Below, piece after piece: positions 1 to 14,078 of a DNA stretch of 64,000 nucleotides. Every line of letters starts with the position of its first letter. Position 1 is the stretch's first letter. Origin of the DNA: Utricularia gibba (Eukaryota > Plantae > Magnoliophyta); NCBI GenBank assembly GCA_002189035.1, contig CM007989.1, forward strand, positions 3,844,001-3,908,000. Reading direction: 5' to 3'. The position numbers and the translations under genes were made by a program. A model generated the notes under the pieces. It worked only from the letters and a program-made list of their open reading frames with translations, was not told where the DNA came from and ran no database searches.

Positions 1-2417
1 GATATCTACTACGCAAATCAATCTTAGAGAAAATGCATGATCCATGTAATTCATCTAACATATCATCAAGCCTAGGTATAGGATGACTGTACTTAACCGT
101 TATTTGGTTGATGGCTCGACAATCAGTGCACATTCTCCATGTTCCATCATGTTTTGGCACCAATAATACTGGAACTGAGCATGGACTCACACTTTCCCTC
201 ACCAACCCCTTAGTCATGAGAACTTCCACTTGGCATTGGATCTCTTTTGTTTCTTCGGGGATTAGCCCTATAAGCAGCTCGGTTTGGGATCTGAGCACCA
301 GGAACAAAGTCAATTTGATGTTCTATTCCTCGGTATGGTGGTAATCCATACAATTCTTCAGGAAAAACATCATTGAATTCCTGCAAAACAAGTTTAATGC
401 AAGTAGGAAGATTCTCTTGTGGGTTAAAGTTGTGTGACAAAGGCTCTTTAAACAAGAGCAAAAGAAAGTGATTTCTGCCATGTAACACTCTTTTCACATA
501 ACTCATTCTTGCAACAAGGCACTCCATTTCTTTTTTTCTCACAACTCCTTCACTCACGTCTTTCTTTTTACTCTCTTTTTTAGATGTTCTTTTCCTTTCT
601 CGTGATATCTCTTTTTTCTCTCCCAAGCTCTCATCCCTCAACTCACCAAAGGATTTAATAGCAGCAGCAATCTTAAGTTGATCCTCGTATGCCTCTTTTG
701 GAGATAAAAGCACCAATGTGATAGGTTTTCCTTTCATAGAAAAGGAATACTTGTTAGTATAGTCATCATTGATCACCTTCCTATCGTATTGGCATGGCCT
801 TCCCAAGAGTATGTGTCCAGCACGCATGGGTACTACATCACAAAGAACCTCATCCTGGTACTTTCCAATTTGGAAAGCAACAAGAACTTGTTTATTGACC
901 TTTACTTCACTCCCTTCGTTCAACCATTGAAGTCTGTAGGGATTTGGATGTTTGAGAGTAGGAAGTTGGAGTTTATCCACCATGAAGGTACTAGCAACAT
1001 TTGTGCAACTACCTCCATCAATTATTAGGCTGCATACCTTCCCATGCACAAAGCAACGTGTATGGAATAAGTTTTCGCGTTGCTCCTCCATTGGCTTAGC
1101 ATGCATGGCTAAAGTCCTTCTTGTTACTAAACTTTCACCAATGACAGGTTGTTGTTCCCCATCATCTAATTCCTGTACTTCACTTTCACTTTCACACTCA
1201 ACTTCATATTAAACATCTCCAGAATCCCTTAGAATCATGGTTCTCTTGTTTGGGCATTCTGAAGCAATATGACCATGGTCAAGACATTTGAAACACTTGA
1301 TATTTCGTGTTTGTCCAGAAGACTTAAATCCTCTTTCCTGGTTTTGAGTCTCTGAAGTGCCCTCTTTCATCGGTCCAAACTTGGTTGATTTCCCAAATGA
1401 AGGATAATTTGGTTTCTTCTCCTTACTTCCAGCAACATTCCACGCAGTAGAAGATTTTGGATAGTCTCTTTTTTATCCCTTAGACTTTAGTTGCTTCTCA
1501 ATCTTGATGGCAACGTGCAACATGTCTTCAATCTCTACATAGTGTTGCAGCTCGACCACTTAAGAGATTTCCTTGTTTAAACCATAGATGAATCTCTACA
1601 TGGTTGATTTCCTCTGTTATATTGGCTCGAATCATTAACACTTCCATTTTTTGCCAATATTCTTCCACGGTTTTGCTCCTCTGGGTGAGCTTCTGCAAGT
1701 TTTGGTGTTGATCTCTTTGGTAGTGGTTGGGAATGAACCTTTTTCTCATGATCCTCTTCATTTCAGCCCAAGTGCGAATTGGTTCTTCATCATTTCGTCT
1801 TCTGTTGAGTACTACTTTATCCCACCAAATTATAGCATAATCGGTAAACTCAACAACAGCAAGCTTGATCTTCTTAGCTTCAGAATAGTTGTGGCAATCA
1901 AACACGTGCTCCACACGAGTCTCTCAATCCAAGTAGGCATTTGGATCGTTTTTCCCTTGAAAAGAAGAGATTTTCATCTTCATGTTATCAAATTCCTTGT
2001 ATTCACGTATGTGTCTACCCCTTGGTCTTTCATCATATCTTACATCACGATTTCGTCTCCAATTTCTTTGAGATCTTCGTTCTATATCATCACCACCAGA
2101 TGAATCATACTCATCAGGGATATTGTAATTGTTTCTCCTTTGTTCACCATGCCTTGCCTCTTCAGCCTCAGATTCTTAATCTTTTTCTAGTTGAGAATTC
2201 CTTCTACTATGGTGTGTTGGAACTCTTGTTCTTCCACGAGAGACACTGTCCTCTTCTGCTTTTTGATGTTCTTGAGAGATTCATCATGGTCCTCTAGTTT
2301 GATGTGGATTTGTTCTATGCATCTTTGCAATCTCCTGAACTCACATTGCATTGCATTAAGTACAAAACGAACATCCATAGCATTTGATTCTTCTACAGGG
2401 TTATTAGAGCTCGACAT
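1..2417 (-). pseudogene. Disrupted gag-pol polyprotein
   Basis: Domains are split over several frames (ORFs 2187-2537, 1528-1914, 210-1106), with an in-frame TAA at 1209-1211 and a frameshift near 250. Confidence 0.85.
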
Positions 2418-3100
2418 CCTACTACAAGAGAAAAGTGTAGACAAAAAGAAGGAAAGAGTACAACGATAGAAAGATAGAAGTAAAAGAAGAAAGATAGAAT
2501 TTCCAAACCTCAAGTCCTCTTGAACTTTAAGACTCAATAAGCCTTAAATGATCAATCTAAGTGTGGTTTAAAGAGATAAGGGTTGCTAGAGTAATGAAAC
2601 AGATAAAGCAAACGAGCAATATAAGACTTGGTGATGGTAATAGTAATAATGGTTAAGTAAGAGTAGGAATGGAAAGATAGAGTGTAACTTGTTGTGATTA
2701 GCACCAAAAGATGTAGGTAGACAATTGAAAATAATTAAAATGGAATATAAGTGGGACAATAGACAAGTTAATATTGACTATTCTTTTGTTTGGTAAGTAG
2801 AAGATTCAATGGATTCAATTGACTAACTTCTTTTTTTTACTTTTCTTGTATGTGAAAAGTTGAAAATTCAGCTGCTAACCTTCTTTCTCCCTTCAACACG
2901 TTTTTTTTTCTTTTTGCATCAATCCAGAAGAAAAGGATGGAAGAAACAAAGATAAGAAACCCCCTTGGTTTTTCTTTTCAGAAGAAGAGATGAGCAAAAG
3001 ACAAGATAACCAAATCAAGATAAATCTAGACTAGTTTATGTTTTTTTTTTCTTAGAACGAAACCACAACAAGATAGATAAGATATGAAGAAGAGAAAGAT

Positions 3101-3114
3101 TGGCTCTGATACCA
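3101..3114 (-). other. Primer-binding site (initiator tRNA-Met)
   Basis: Minus strand reads TGGTATCAGAGCCA, 2 nt inside the LTR end. Confidence 0.9.
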
Positions 3115-3116
3115 CC

Positions 3117-3482
3117 TGATACGACCCTCCAATCAACAAGTGATTGGCAAACCAAATCTTGGTTGAAAAGAAGCAATCCCTCAAGAAAAAGAAGTTGTTC
3201 CTTAAGGATTGAAAGATCATTGCAAACCAAACTATGAAATGGTACCACATTCACAGAATCAAGAAAGGAATTGGGAGTGATAAACCACACACTAGATACT
3301 ACAAGTAAGGCTTGATAAGTGTAAGTTCTACAAGAACTTATGAAAGTAGAATTGATCTCAAAAGTGATTACAGTCAAAGTTGTCCAAAACAAAAGTAAGT
3401 CCCAATTGAAATCAATGGAGGATTAGTAATCTTGTATCTTTTATCTTCATTGGGATAATCTGTAGCATCCATGATCTCATCA
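3117..3482 (-). repeat. 5' LTR (about 366 bp)
   Basis: Minus-strand termini TGATG...ATCA directly precede the PBS. The partner LTR is outside the window, so the outer boundary is inferred. Confidence 0.75.
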
Positions 3483-3985
3483 TTAAGCATATCCTTCGAA
3501 TTTAGTTCAATAATGTTTATAATGAATTAAAGATTGTAAAAATAGTTTAACCTAAAACTATGAATAAACTGAATAATAAATGGAATTTGATTTTTAATAG
3601 GACAGAACGGAAATGGATTTAGATGCATTCATTTTCGTAAATAAAATTAAAAAATCGATTTTGTAATCCTAAATTAATTTAAATATATTGGGAAAAATAA
3701 GTAAGTTTTGTCAATTGTAAATGAAAAAAGGACAGAACGGGAAACGCAAAACTCGGAAGGGTACGTTCGGTATTCGGAAAAGTAGACTCATGATCCCGAT
3801 TCGGTACAAATTCGCTCTCCTGAATTTGTGTCTTGCCTGGATAAATACTCGCTTTGCAAAAGCCGTCCTACTGTCTTTTGTCTTTTCCTATTTCTCGTCA
3901 CCTTCGTGGGAAGACGGCGATGGTGCCTAGAACTTGCCGGAAAATCTAGAAGCGTTGTTACTTAAATCAGTATTTGCTCTCAGCT

Positions 3986-6022
3986 ATGGGGAATCACGGT
4001 AACGCCGCATCGGATATCTCATTCGCCGGAACTTTTGCCTGTAGCGCTTTCGCTGCTTGCTTCGCCGAAGTATGTATACTCGTTATCGTCATCTCTCCCT
4101 CTTTATTGCTCTTTTTTGTAAATCGAGTGCACAAATTCCTGATATCGGGAATCCTTTCTTTGTGTGATCGTGGTTGTGCTTTAACTGCTGCTGGTTTTTG
4201 TGCTGACATTTTACCTGCTGAGGAGATCTATCGATCGATTTCGTGTCGTTTGATGAGAAATTTTGATTTACTGATTGATCGCGATATTTTTTCTTTTTTT
4301 TTTGTGAATTTTCACTGTGGTGCTAGATCGTTATGGAATTGTTCCCACGCTATTCCTATTTGATTTCCAAGTTTGCCTCCTAGCTGTAGTTTTCTGATTC
4401 TATTGTTGTTATTTGAAATTTAACGTATATTTTTCGATTAATAGATCAGATCTATGTGTAATAGGTGTGCACAATTCCACTTGATACGGCCAAGGTCCGA
4501 TTACAACTACAGAAAACTGTAGCTGGAAATGTACTGGTCGTACCAAAATATAAAGGTTTGTTAGGAACAGTTGGAACTGTTGCTAGAGAAGAAGGGCTAT
4601 CAGCCTTATGGAAAGGCATCGTCCCAGGATTGCATCGTCAATGTTTGTTTGGAGGATTGAGGATTGGGTTATATGAACCTGTATGTTCATTCTTGGTTTC
4701 CCGTAGAATAATTGTCTTTATTCGGTTTTGGATAAATATTTTGGTGTTTTGTAACTGACAGGTTAAGAACTTCTATGTGGGCAAAGATCATGTTGGGGAT
4801 GTTCCATTATCGAAGAAAATCCTTGCTGGTTTGACAACTGGTGAGAACACTGATTATTTATCTTAGATACCTTGGGTTGGAAGTTCGAAAATTCGAACAA
4901 ATAACTCTGGGATGTTGGCTCCTTGTGGTGGCTTGACCTGCGTCGTCTTATGCTGGACTTGGTATTCTGCTTTCATTCTTCTTCCATGGTGTTAAAGGAA
5001 ACGCTTGAAACAATCACCAGGTGCTTTGGCCATCACTGTTGCCAACCCAACAGATCTAGTCAAGGTACGACTTCAAGCTGAGGGCAAACTTCCACCTGGT
5101 GTGCCCAGGCGTTATTCCGGAGCCCTGAATGCTTATTCCACAATTGTTAAACAGGTCACATTCCTGAATTTTGTTTCTCATCTTCCTTTCTACTTACAGG
5201 ATGAGTCGAGGTCTAAATATTCTTCTTGTTTCTTAACTTTGATATTGTATTTAAAGGAAGGAGTCGCTGCGCTATGGACAGGCATTGGACCCAATATCGG
5301 GCGCAACGCCATCATAAATGCTGCTGAGCTTGCCAGCTACGATCAAGTAAAGCAGGTGATGACCATCATCGTTCATCAGCTTTCAGTTTCCTAGTTTTAT
5401 GCCCTGCAACTGCAGTTTTAATGACGCTCCACACTCGAATCATCCTGCAGACAATTCTTAAAATTCCAGGCTTCTCAGACGACGTTTTCACCCATCTTCT
5501 GGCTGGTCTAGGGGCTGGCTTCTTTGCCGTCTGCATCGGCTCCCCAGTTGATGTGGTAACTCTCACAAGAGCGATTCATTTCTTGTTATCGTTTTCTCAG
5601 AATCCGTTGCTGTCCCGTAGATGCCATCACTTGTGCGCGTTTCCTGACAGGTCAAGTCGAGAATGATGGGAGACTCTTCCTACAAAAGCACCCTCGACTG
5701 TTTCGTCAAGACTTTGAAGATCGACGTAAGCTTATCTATTGGTCAAATAAACACACACACCACAGTACATGAAATCCATCCTGATCTGGGGGAAACAACC
5801 ACCATCTGCAGGGCGTCACTGCATTTTACAAAGGCTTTATCCCCAACTTTGGACGGCTCGGATCCTGGAACGTGATCATGTTCCTGACCTTAGAGCAGGT
5901 ACGACATACAAAACCACCCGGAGGATGAATCCCATACGGCTGACACATGTTTCAATGGCTTTTAACCGACGTCGTTTCATTCACAGGCAAAAACCTTCGC
6001 AAGAAGTCTAAATCCATCTTAG
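3986..6022 (+). CDS. UCP1: Mitochondrial uncoupling protein (UCP1/UCP2 type, multi-exon)
   Basis: [28 protein letters not shown]|[14 protein letters not shown]; carrier signatures [10 protein letters not shown] and PVDVVKSRMM; ends FLTLEQ|[11 protein letters not shown]; GT-AG introns. UCP1 versus UCP2 not resolved. Confidence 0.95.
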
Positions 6023-6521
6023 TGCGATGGCCATGGCTACGATGGAGCATATACCTGCAAGTGTTTTGCAGCCGACGATTTCCAGGGGAAGGTAACTCAA
6101 ATCCCCCCGCATTTCAAATAAGAAGCTACAGAACTACGTAGCTATGATTCTTCAGGAGTTGGGCACTCCCAGCATGCACTCATCCACACTTGTGCAATAA
6201 TGAGAACTACTCCAGGTCCTAAATCCCATCTGTGTTTTTTAATCATTTTTTTAGTTTAAACTCAATTACCAGACCACTACGAGGTGTTTCTCCCCACACC
6301 TCTGTCCAAAAACCTATTGTTCATCAGCCATGGTCATGCAGTTGAGGTTGAGGACGGAAAACTGACCTCCACAACAAGAAGTTCCAAGGCAGGTACTAAA
6401 AATCTAGTTAAAAAAATGTTCATGTTAAAAATCTTGTTTGTTTCAATCTATCGATTGGAATTTCATGCAGTTTCTTAACAAAATGGATAGCTGTAAGTGA
6501 ACACACATTTTACACCGAACC

Positions 6522-7966
6522 TCAAGCAAGGTACCTCTCCAACTTGTCCACCTCCTCCACGCTCCCGATGAAGAGCGGGACTCGTTGATGAATCTGCATG
6601 TTCAACAGACACAATCAGTCCACTTCCACGCTGGCACAAAATGGATTTCGACTCCCAATTTCACTAACCTCAGTAGGTTGAATATCGAGGATTCTGTGAG
6701 AGCCGTCTGATCCCTTCCCCCCAGCTTGCTCCACAATGAAGCTCATAGGTGCACATTCGTACAGCAGCCTGAGCTTCCCATTCTTGCTCTTGCTGTCCCT
6801 GGGGTACCCATAGATCCCGCCGTACAGCAAGGTTCTGTGGAAGTCTCCCACCAAGCTCCCAATGTATCTGGCGGAGTAAGGCTTCCCGGTAGTGCCAGGG
6901 TCCTTGAGATCATCGATGTACTTCTTCAGCTTGCCATCCCACAGCTGGTAGTTCCCTTCGTTGAAGGCGTATATCTTGCCGGACTTGGGGATCTGGATCT
7001 TCTCTTGTGTGAGAACGAATTCCCCGAACAGAGGATCCAATGTGAACACATACACGCCTGTTCCCAGAGTGAGCACAAAGATCACTGAACTCGAGTACAT
7101 GCAGTACCCCGCCACCAGAAGGTTGCTCCCCGGCTGACAAACGTTGACGACGCATCGTTGTTGCTCGTCTCCGAGCTGCGAGAACGGTTGGTTGGGTTTG
7201 AAGAGAAAGGGGAAGGAGAAGCAGGTGCTTTAGAATGTATGTGAAAAATGTACCGTCTCGTCATCTCCAGCGTCTGCGAAGCACTCGTCGTTTGGGCTGT
7301 AGATCCCGAAGATGGAGCCGGTGGAAACTGCGGCGTCGATGTTGGATGATCCGTCCAGGGGGTCGAAAACTACGATGTAGTTACCGGAGTAGCTCTCCTC
7401 CACGGCGACTGGTACGTCCTCCTCCTCGGAGGCTATGATTCCCGTTCTCCCGCTTGATTTCAAGCAATTGGAGAATACCTAATTTACAGTTGATTCCGTA
7501 ATAAGGTTCTCGATAGAGTGCAGTAATTGGGGATTCGAAAGCGAAGCGAAACCTCATTGGAGACAACATCCAGCTTCTTCTGATCCTCTCCTTGGATGTT
7601 GACGGCGCCCTGGACTCCGGTCAGGTTAGAGATCCCAGCGCGCTGAACCAGAGAAGCGATCTGCTTACAAGCCATCGAAATGCTCGAGATCACAATCGTA
7701 AGCTCCGCGTCGATAACGCCTGATTTCTCCTGCGTCAATAGCCAGGTGGTGAGGGTTTGAATCTGGTAGCTACTCTTCGTCTTAGTCTCCGTCTCCGCCG
7801 CCACAGCCATACAACGCACACCCCCGCCCTTCATCCTCCGTCTGCTGCTACTGCCATCGGCTCCAGCGGGGCATCGCGAGAGCGTACGGAAATTAGAGAA
7901 TCGGGAGACTGAGCGAGAGCTGCAGAAAAGAAATCTGGCTGGTGCCGTAGCCGTTGCTGCAGCCAT
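6522..7966 (-). CDS. CFBP1: Chloroplast fructose-1,6-bisphosphatase, redox-regulated type (4 exons)
   Basis: Transit peptide, QKKLDVVSNE, DPLDGSSNID, redox loop (DECFADAGDDET...RCVVNVCQP), GKLRLLYECAPM; stop at 6522-6524. Confidence 0.96.
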
Positions 7967-9429
7967 GGCAGGATTTCCTCAGCAGCTTCTTCTTCGAAAA
8001 GCTCGTTTCAAGTTTGAGAGCTTTTTTTTTGAGGTGGTGATTTTGGAGGGATTTGTAAGGCTAGAAGGAACTTCAGCTGATTTGGGGCCCACTTATCAGG
8101 TTATCCTCCATAGACATCCCTTGGTTTTTTTAAAAAAAATTATTAGGCAATTGAGGTAATTGATTATTATATAATTGATTGTGGTTTTATATTTCGGGTT
8201 GGATAATGTTTGTGAATTTAATTTTAAAAATTCAAAGACTGGACTTATTTTTTTTTATTTTTTGACAGTAAAAATAGATTAAAATATCTAATTGTAGCTA
8301 CTAAATTTCAATGATATTTATATTATAAATAATATTTTAATACTAGTTTATATTATGGATGGAATTCTGTTATCACCTCATCCTTCTAAAACACGCTCGG
8401 TTAATAAATATGCTTGTTTAGTATATAACTGTGACTTCAAGTCGAATGTAGTAACATCTTGACTGAAACAAATATTAATCATTAGCTTAGAGAGTGGAAT
8501 GTGCTCTATAACCAGATGATTAGATCTCACAATGAATATTAAAAGGATGTTTGAAATTTAGATATAGAATATTTACATTCAAGTTTATACATATGTTATT
8601 ATTTAATTAATAGATGTTTAATAGTTGAGTATACAATATACATATACTCAAGTTTATACATATATATGTATATTATTTTTTTATATTTATATCATTTAAA
8701 TACTTATTTTTGAACGTACGATTGATATACATAAATAGAAGAGAACCTAATTATATTTTCAATATGAATACTTAAACTTTTATTTTAGAATATAAAACGT
8801 TATATATAATGTAATATATATACTCAATTACATTATATTTAAATATATCTAAATTTCACAATAAACTTCAGTTGACAATTAGATTTTTCTTTTACACTCC
8901 AATAAATCATTGTATTTTTTATGCTTTATATTCATACTGTTCTAAAATCTCAAATTGCTCCAAATCAACACACTTAATATTGAAATTTTTGGGAGCATCA
9001 CTATCTATCAAATTTATTTTTAATTCTAATAACATAACATGTATTTATCAAAATAGTTTTTTTAATGTCAATAAAGAAATTTTATGGATAAAGTTTTAAT
9101 TAATAGTAATTACCCTATTAATTGCCGGTGGCGGCCTAACAGGGGCTTTGTCCAATGATTACTTCATTTGAATTAGCTGTTTTTTATGGCTAAGGAGAAG
9201 CTTCTGTTTGCGTGTGTTCTTGAATGTTCACTAAAGAGGAGCTCCTCATCTCATTTTATTTGAGTGACTCCTTTTGTGGGAGTCTCGTCTCGGGCCTCGT
9301 GCATTCTCGCTTCCTGAACGGCGTTGATCTCAATTTTGCAGCCGGAGAATCTGTTTCCCTGTAAATGGGCTTCGGATCTTGAGCTCCGCTGCCTCTTCTT
9401 CGGCCTCGATTTTGAGTCTGGCTTCAAAA

Positions 9430-10340
9430 ATGGCCTCCGTAGACATGGAGCGCGGCGCGGGGGCGGAGGATGAGGAGGAGGAGGAGGCGAGCGTCTGTTT
9501 CTCCGACGCGGATGATGTTTCCTGCAACTCCCATTTCTTCTCCACCGCGGACGGTGATGTCTCTCACGAAGACGTAGCCTTCATCTCCGAGATTCTTGAG
9601 GACGAAGCCCCCCAATCCAGAAGGCCTTCCGATTGCTCCGTCAGTATCGAGAATGCAGCCGCCGACGGGGGCGGCGGGGGAGAGGAGGAGTTTGATGTCT
9701 CCGTCACGATTATCGAGAGGGATTGCCGTATTTGCCACTTGAGTTTAGCGAGCAGCAGCCCTTCCTCCGGGACCGCCATCGATTTGGGTTGCCGCTGCAA
9801 GGACGATTTGGCGGCCGCCCACAAAGCCTGCGCAGAAAACTGGTTCAAAATCAAGGGAAACAAGTCCGTCAAGCTCAATTCCATTCTCTGCTTTAATTCA
9901 ATTCACTGTTTCTTCATCGGATTATCTGCTGTTTCTTTACTTTTTTTCACCCCCTTCTTTACCCATGAATTTCCGGTGAAGTAGCTGCTAAGATTCCTGC
10001 TTTTCAAAGTGGAAACATGACTCACTCAGATCCATCTTTATGTCTATGGCTGCTTTTTTCCCTGAATCATCATCTCATCTCAGATGCATGATGTAACAGG
10101 ACATGTGAAATATGCAACTCTATTGCTATAAACGTCGTCGGCCCCACCGATATCGAGGCAGGGCGACTCCCCGGCGACCCAGACGGCGGCGCAGCAGCAG
10201 CAGCGGCAGCATCGACTACAACTACAGCTCAAGCAGCACGAAGGTGGCTGAATGGGCATCGCTTCTTGAACTTTCTGCTTACTTGTATGGTCATCGCCTT
10301 CGGCGTTTCCTGGTTCTTCCACTTCAACATCCCTTCCTGA
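9430..10340 (+). CDS. RING-CH (RINGv/MARCH-like) E3 ubiquitin ligase with C-terminal hydrophobic segment (2 exons)
   Basis: CRICHL...LGCRCKDDLAAAHKACAENWFKIKGNK|TCEIC; intron 9864-10099; ends WLNGHRFLNFLLTCMVIAFGVSWFFHFNIPS*. Confidence 0.9.
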
Positions 10341-10484
10341 GAAAAGGGCCTTTGCTTCTCCAAACCGGAGACTTTCTTCAGATCATAAACTTTATGCAGG
10401 GTTTTGGAATCTCCATTTTTAGTACTTAAACTACCAGAGCTTTGAAAAAAAGACATGATCCCATGTAAGAAGAACACCCACTCA

Positions 10485-12611
10485 TCACTCATCTGTTTCA
10501 TCACGATTCGGACCGCCGTTCCCTTGGTCTGATATACTACCATTCGCCTGAGCTCTGCTCCTCTGGAGAAGAGCAAGAACATGGAATCAATCCTCCTACA
10601 TCACGAAGAGAAATGGGGTGTTTTATTCGTACCCGATCGAGCAAGTCCAGGTTCCCATTCACCAGTAGCTTCTGGTTCACATCCCTTCCCTTCAAAGGTA
10701 ACATACCAGCGCCGCCGTTGGATCGATCAGGGAGTTCTTCAAGAACACACAGAAACTAGTTAGCCAGTGGTGTCTGAAGGGGAGTTGAGGTTTCAAGAAT
10801 GGTGAACCTGGTAATTTGCTGTCGACGAAGAACACCACCAGGGTAACTGTGTACCTGTAACAGGATGGAACCAAAACTCAGAGCTACTGAGACTGCCGAG
10901 AACCTGTTTAATGGTGGGTTTACCAGGCCACGGTGACATCAACGGTGTAATGCTTACGGGAGGCGATGATGAGCAAGCTCTGGATCACAACCAGTAGCCA
11001 CGCCAGGAGCTTCATTATCCTACAGCGGTTGCATTCATCACGCAGACAGACTGAGGCTTTTGCAACACAGAAAAAGGCAAGACAGGAGGAGGGGTAGTAG
11101 TGTTACCTATGCAGACCATACTTGTAGTAGGTGAGCACGAAGACGAGTGAGAATATCATGTGTGATGAGAATATCAAGTCCCCACACCCGTACAGGACTC
11201 CTCGAGGAACTGCTCAATGGCAGATGATCACAACAGTGAAATGAAGGTATGACCATGAAACATAAGCTGTCAGTCACCTACAATTTATCAGAAGAACTTG
11301 TGCAAGGTTATCAGGGGGAGGAAGTCTGGCAAGCTCTGATCCCTGTTCAACGGCATAGGATGAGCATATTCTGCAAAGGGAGGAAGGAAACAATGCTAAA
11401 TACAAAAGTAATCTCATACCTCCCGGCAATGGTAGTTTGGACCAGGAAGAACGGTTGAATAGAAAGTTAGAATCCGAAGAATCTGACAAGCCTGAAGGAA
11501 TGAAACAATGGGAGACTCCAACATTGAGACAAAAGGAGTACAGGGAATAATGGGAAAATCTGCTCCATTATAGGAAAATGGACACACCACTAAGAATGCA
11601 AATACTCTGCACCATATTAGGACGGTGAAGAACTTCTTTCTCTTCAGAACGAAGGGATGGAACGTCCACTGCATAGCAGGCAGGGCGTCAAAACATTAGG
11701 CAGAGCTCAACTTTCTTTTCAAATAGAGACGAATAATATCAACTTCTGCAAGCTCACCAGCACAAACGACAGAAATATGAATGTAAACACAGCTTCGCTA
11801 ATATGTGCATTGTTCTGCCCAAGCTCCTGCAAGCACATCATGCTCATGGAAAATGATAAAAGTAGAGATATAAGTGGTGATGTTGAGAAAAGTTGCTCCA
11901 CTTTTTACCGGAAGTAACAGAAATCCAAGATCCTGAAGTATTGGCCCAGGCTGATGCAAATAATGAACTCCACGAGCAGCCACACCATGAATATACTGCG
12001 AAACAGTAATCTCATGAAAATGAAAAACGGAGATGGGTTGATCCAAGCATCACAGATGTATATATGTATCACGTAACATAAAGGAAAGGCTTCAGTGTCC
12101 TAAGCACCATTACCAGATTCCAGGCATGGGTATGCAAGAAATAGACATTAGTTTTCATAATGATAAAGACAAGCCTCGCGAGATGAGATACTAATTAGTG
12201 CATCCAAGGCCCGTGAACCTTGGTATTTTGCAAAAGCAAAACAGCAACTAGTCATCGTTCTATTTAAATAATGAAAGTAAAGCATTTTGGGACAACGACC
12301 CCCCTTCTCAAGCATCGTTCAATCCATGGATTAATCATTGGATGATTCTCAAACATAAATAAACAGATTGCCAAAAGGTAAGATCACAAACCTGAAAACA
12401 CAGACCCCCCAGTATATACTTCCAATTATTCGCGAGAAGTTTGATTTCTATTACGGTTTCTGCAGAAATTCTCCTCCACAACTTACAGAGGGTAAAACAG
12501 TAGCATCAATACATGGGGGCCCTCAACCTCAAGTCAAAATGCAAAATTAAAACAAAAAAAGAAGGCAAGATGGCGAACCTTCGAAGCGCGGCGACCGACG
12601 TACAGCGACAT
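10485..12611 (-). CDS. IPCS: Phosphatidylinositol:ceramide inositolphosphotransferase (IPC synthase, ERH1/IPCS family), multi-exon
   Basis: [11 protein letters not shown]|[30 protein letters not shown]|[29 protein letters not shown]; [11 protein letters not shown] catalytic motif; ends RDETDE*. Confidence 0.92.
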
Positions 12612-14078
12612 CTTGTTTACGAAGGCAGTGAATAACAACAACAACAAGAGCCATGTTAAACTACGAGAGAGCGACCCATTTGAAGAAAAATCAGTATTCT
12701 TCTTCACAAAGAAAGAAGAAAATCACCCTTTTATTCAACACATGAAACCGCCCAGAGACAGCCAACCGCAAGAGAGAAAGAAAAACCCAGTTTCAAGACA
12801 ACTTTTCAAGTGCTGGTTCCAAGGAATTCCGCATATAAACTCCTCCCAAACGTTCCCTTCTCGTTATGTCACTTGAGACGAAAACGCGATCACTTTTCCC
12901 CCTCCCACTATCGTCGTTTCTAGTCGATTACACCCACACCCCCACACCACGACGAGGAACACTCGAGAAGCTCCACAACGAAGGCGGCGATTCTACTTTT
13001 TTCAGCTATTTCACCCCCCACAAAAAAATGCTTAATAACCGTTGAACATGCATCTGGAAACCAAGTCAACTAACCACACATTTAGACGACAATTAGCAGT
13101 GTGCGCTCAGGCCGGCACCACCGCCCTGAGGTGTGCTCCCACGCGACTTCCCGATCCGCAAATTCCGAAATTACCCTACGGATAGACAAAGAATCACGTT
13201 GCTGCGCGGGGACCCCCAGGGAAACCAGACTAGGCGGGCTACCGGTACCGGCTAGAGGAGGTTAGGCACCCGCATTAACTCCCAATTACAATCCAATTTT
13301 GAATTTTGAAATTAACAATCATACACATCTAAAATAATTCATCCTATTTTATAAAATATTCAAATATACTTTTTCTTATATTTTACATTATTTAAAATAT
13401 CATTATTCGGAATAGCATCAAGAACTATGCTGTCTAGAAATATAGAGTCCAAAATAATGAAGCAATGATGTAATAAAAAGATGTTTATGTAATAATATAT
13501 GTCACCCCTTACACTATTTGTATATGATATTATTTGTTTTATATACTTAATTTTTTATAATTTTTAAATAAATAAAATATGTTTTATTTTACTAAACTAA
13601 AATAGACAATTTCTTAATTTTGAATTTTTTATCAATTAAAATAGGGATTAACTTGATACTGATTCTATAAATATATAAAAACCGTTTAAATAACAAAAAT
13701 GTTATCTTTGAAAAAAATTGATTATTTTGAATTTTTCAAAATGTCAAATTAATACAAAAAATGTAAAATTTATAGAGAATGATGAGAAAAAAACATAAAA
13801 TAAATAAATAACTTCAAAAAAATTTAAATAGGTTATCAAATACGACTTTAGTAAATAATGTTACATCGTGAACCACTCGGTGGAGACTTGAGACGCTTCT
13901 CGAAGAATGCCGAGGAAGGGTAGTAGTGGAAATAGGCGCTTGAGGGCGAATTTTGTAAATTCATACTTAACACACGCAATCCATGAATCTTATTGAGAAA
14001 AAAGTTTACATTGTTAAATGGAACACTCAGTTTCAAAAGTCAGTCTCCTCCTCATAAGGTGACGTCGGAGGGTGAGGA

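Larger units (their letters stand above)
1..3482 (-). mobile_element. Ty3/gypsy LTR retrotransposon, probably CRM (centromeric chromovirus) clade, decayed; continues beyond the left edge
   Basis: Minus strand carries gag (EHVFDCHNYSEAKKIKLAVVEFTDYAIIWWD...MRKRFIP), a zinc knuckle (CFKCLDHGHIASEC), protease (LIIDGGSCTNV) and the RT start (PCSVPVLLVPKHDGTWRMCTDCRAINQIT...IPRLDDMLDEL at 1-210). PBS and 5' LTR at 3101-3482. Confidence 0.93.

Noticed and set aside
7381-10582. Many antisense or alternative-frame ORFs over FBPase, RING-CH and IPCS (same pattern over S40, GT29, the kinase and DUF868)
   Set aside because: Expected shadow ORFs of GC-rich coding DNA.
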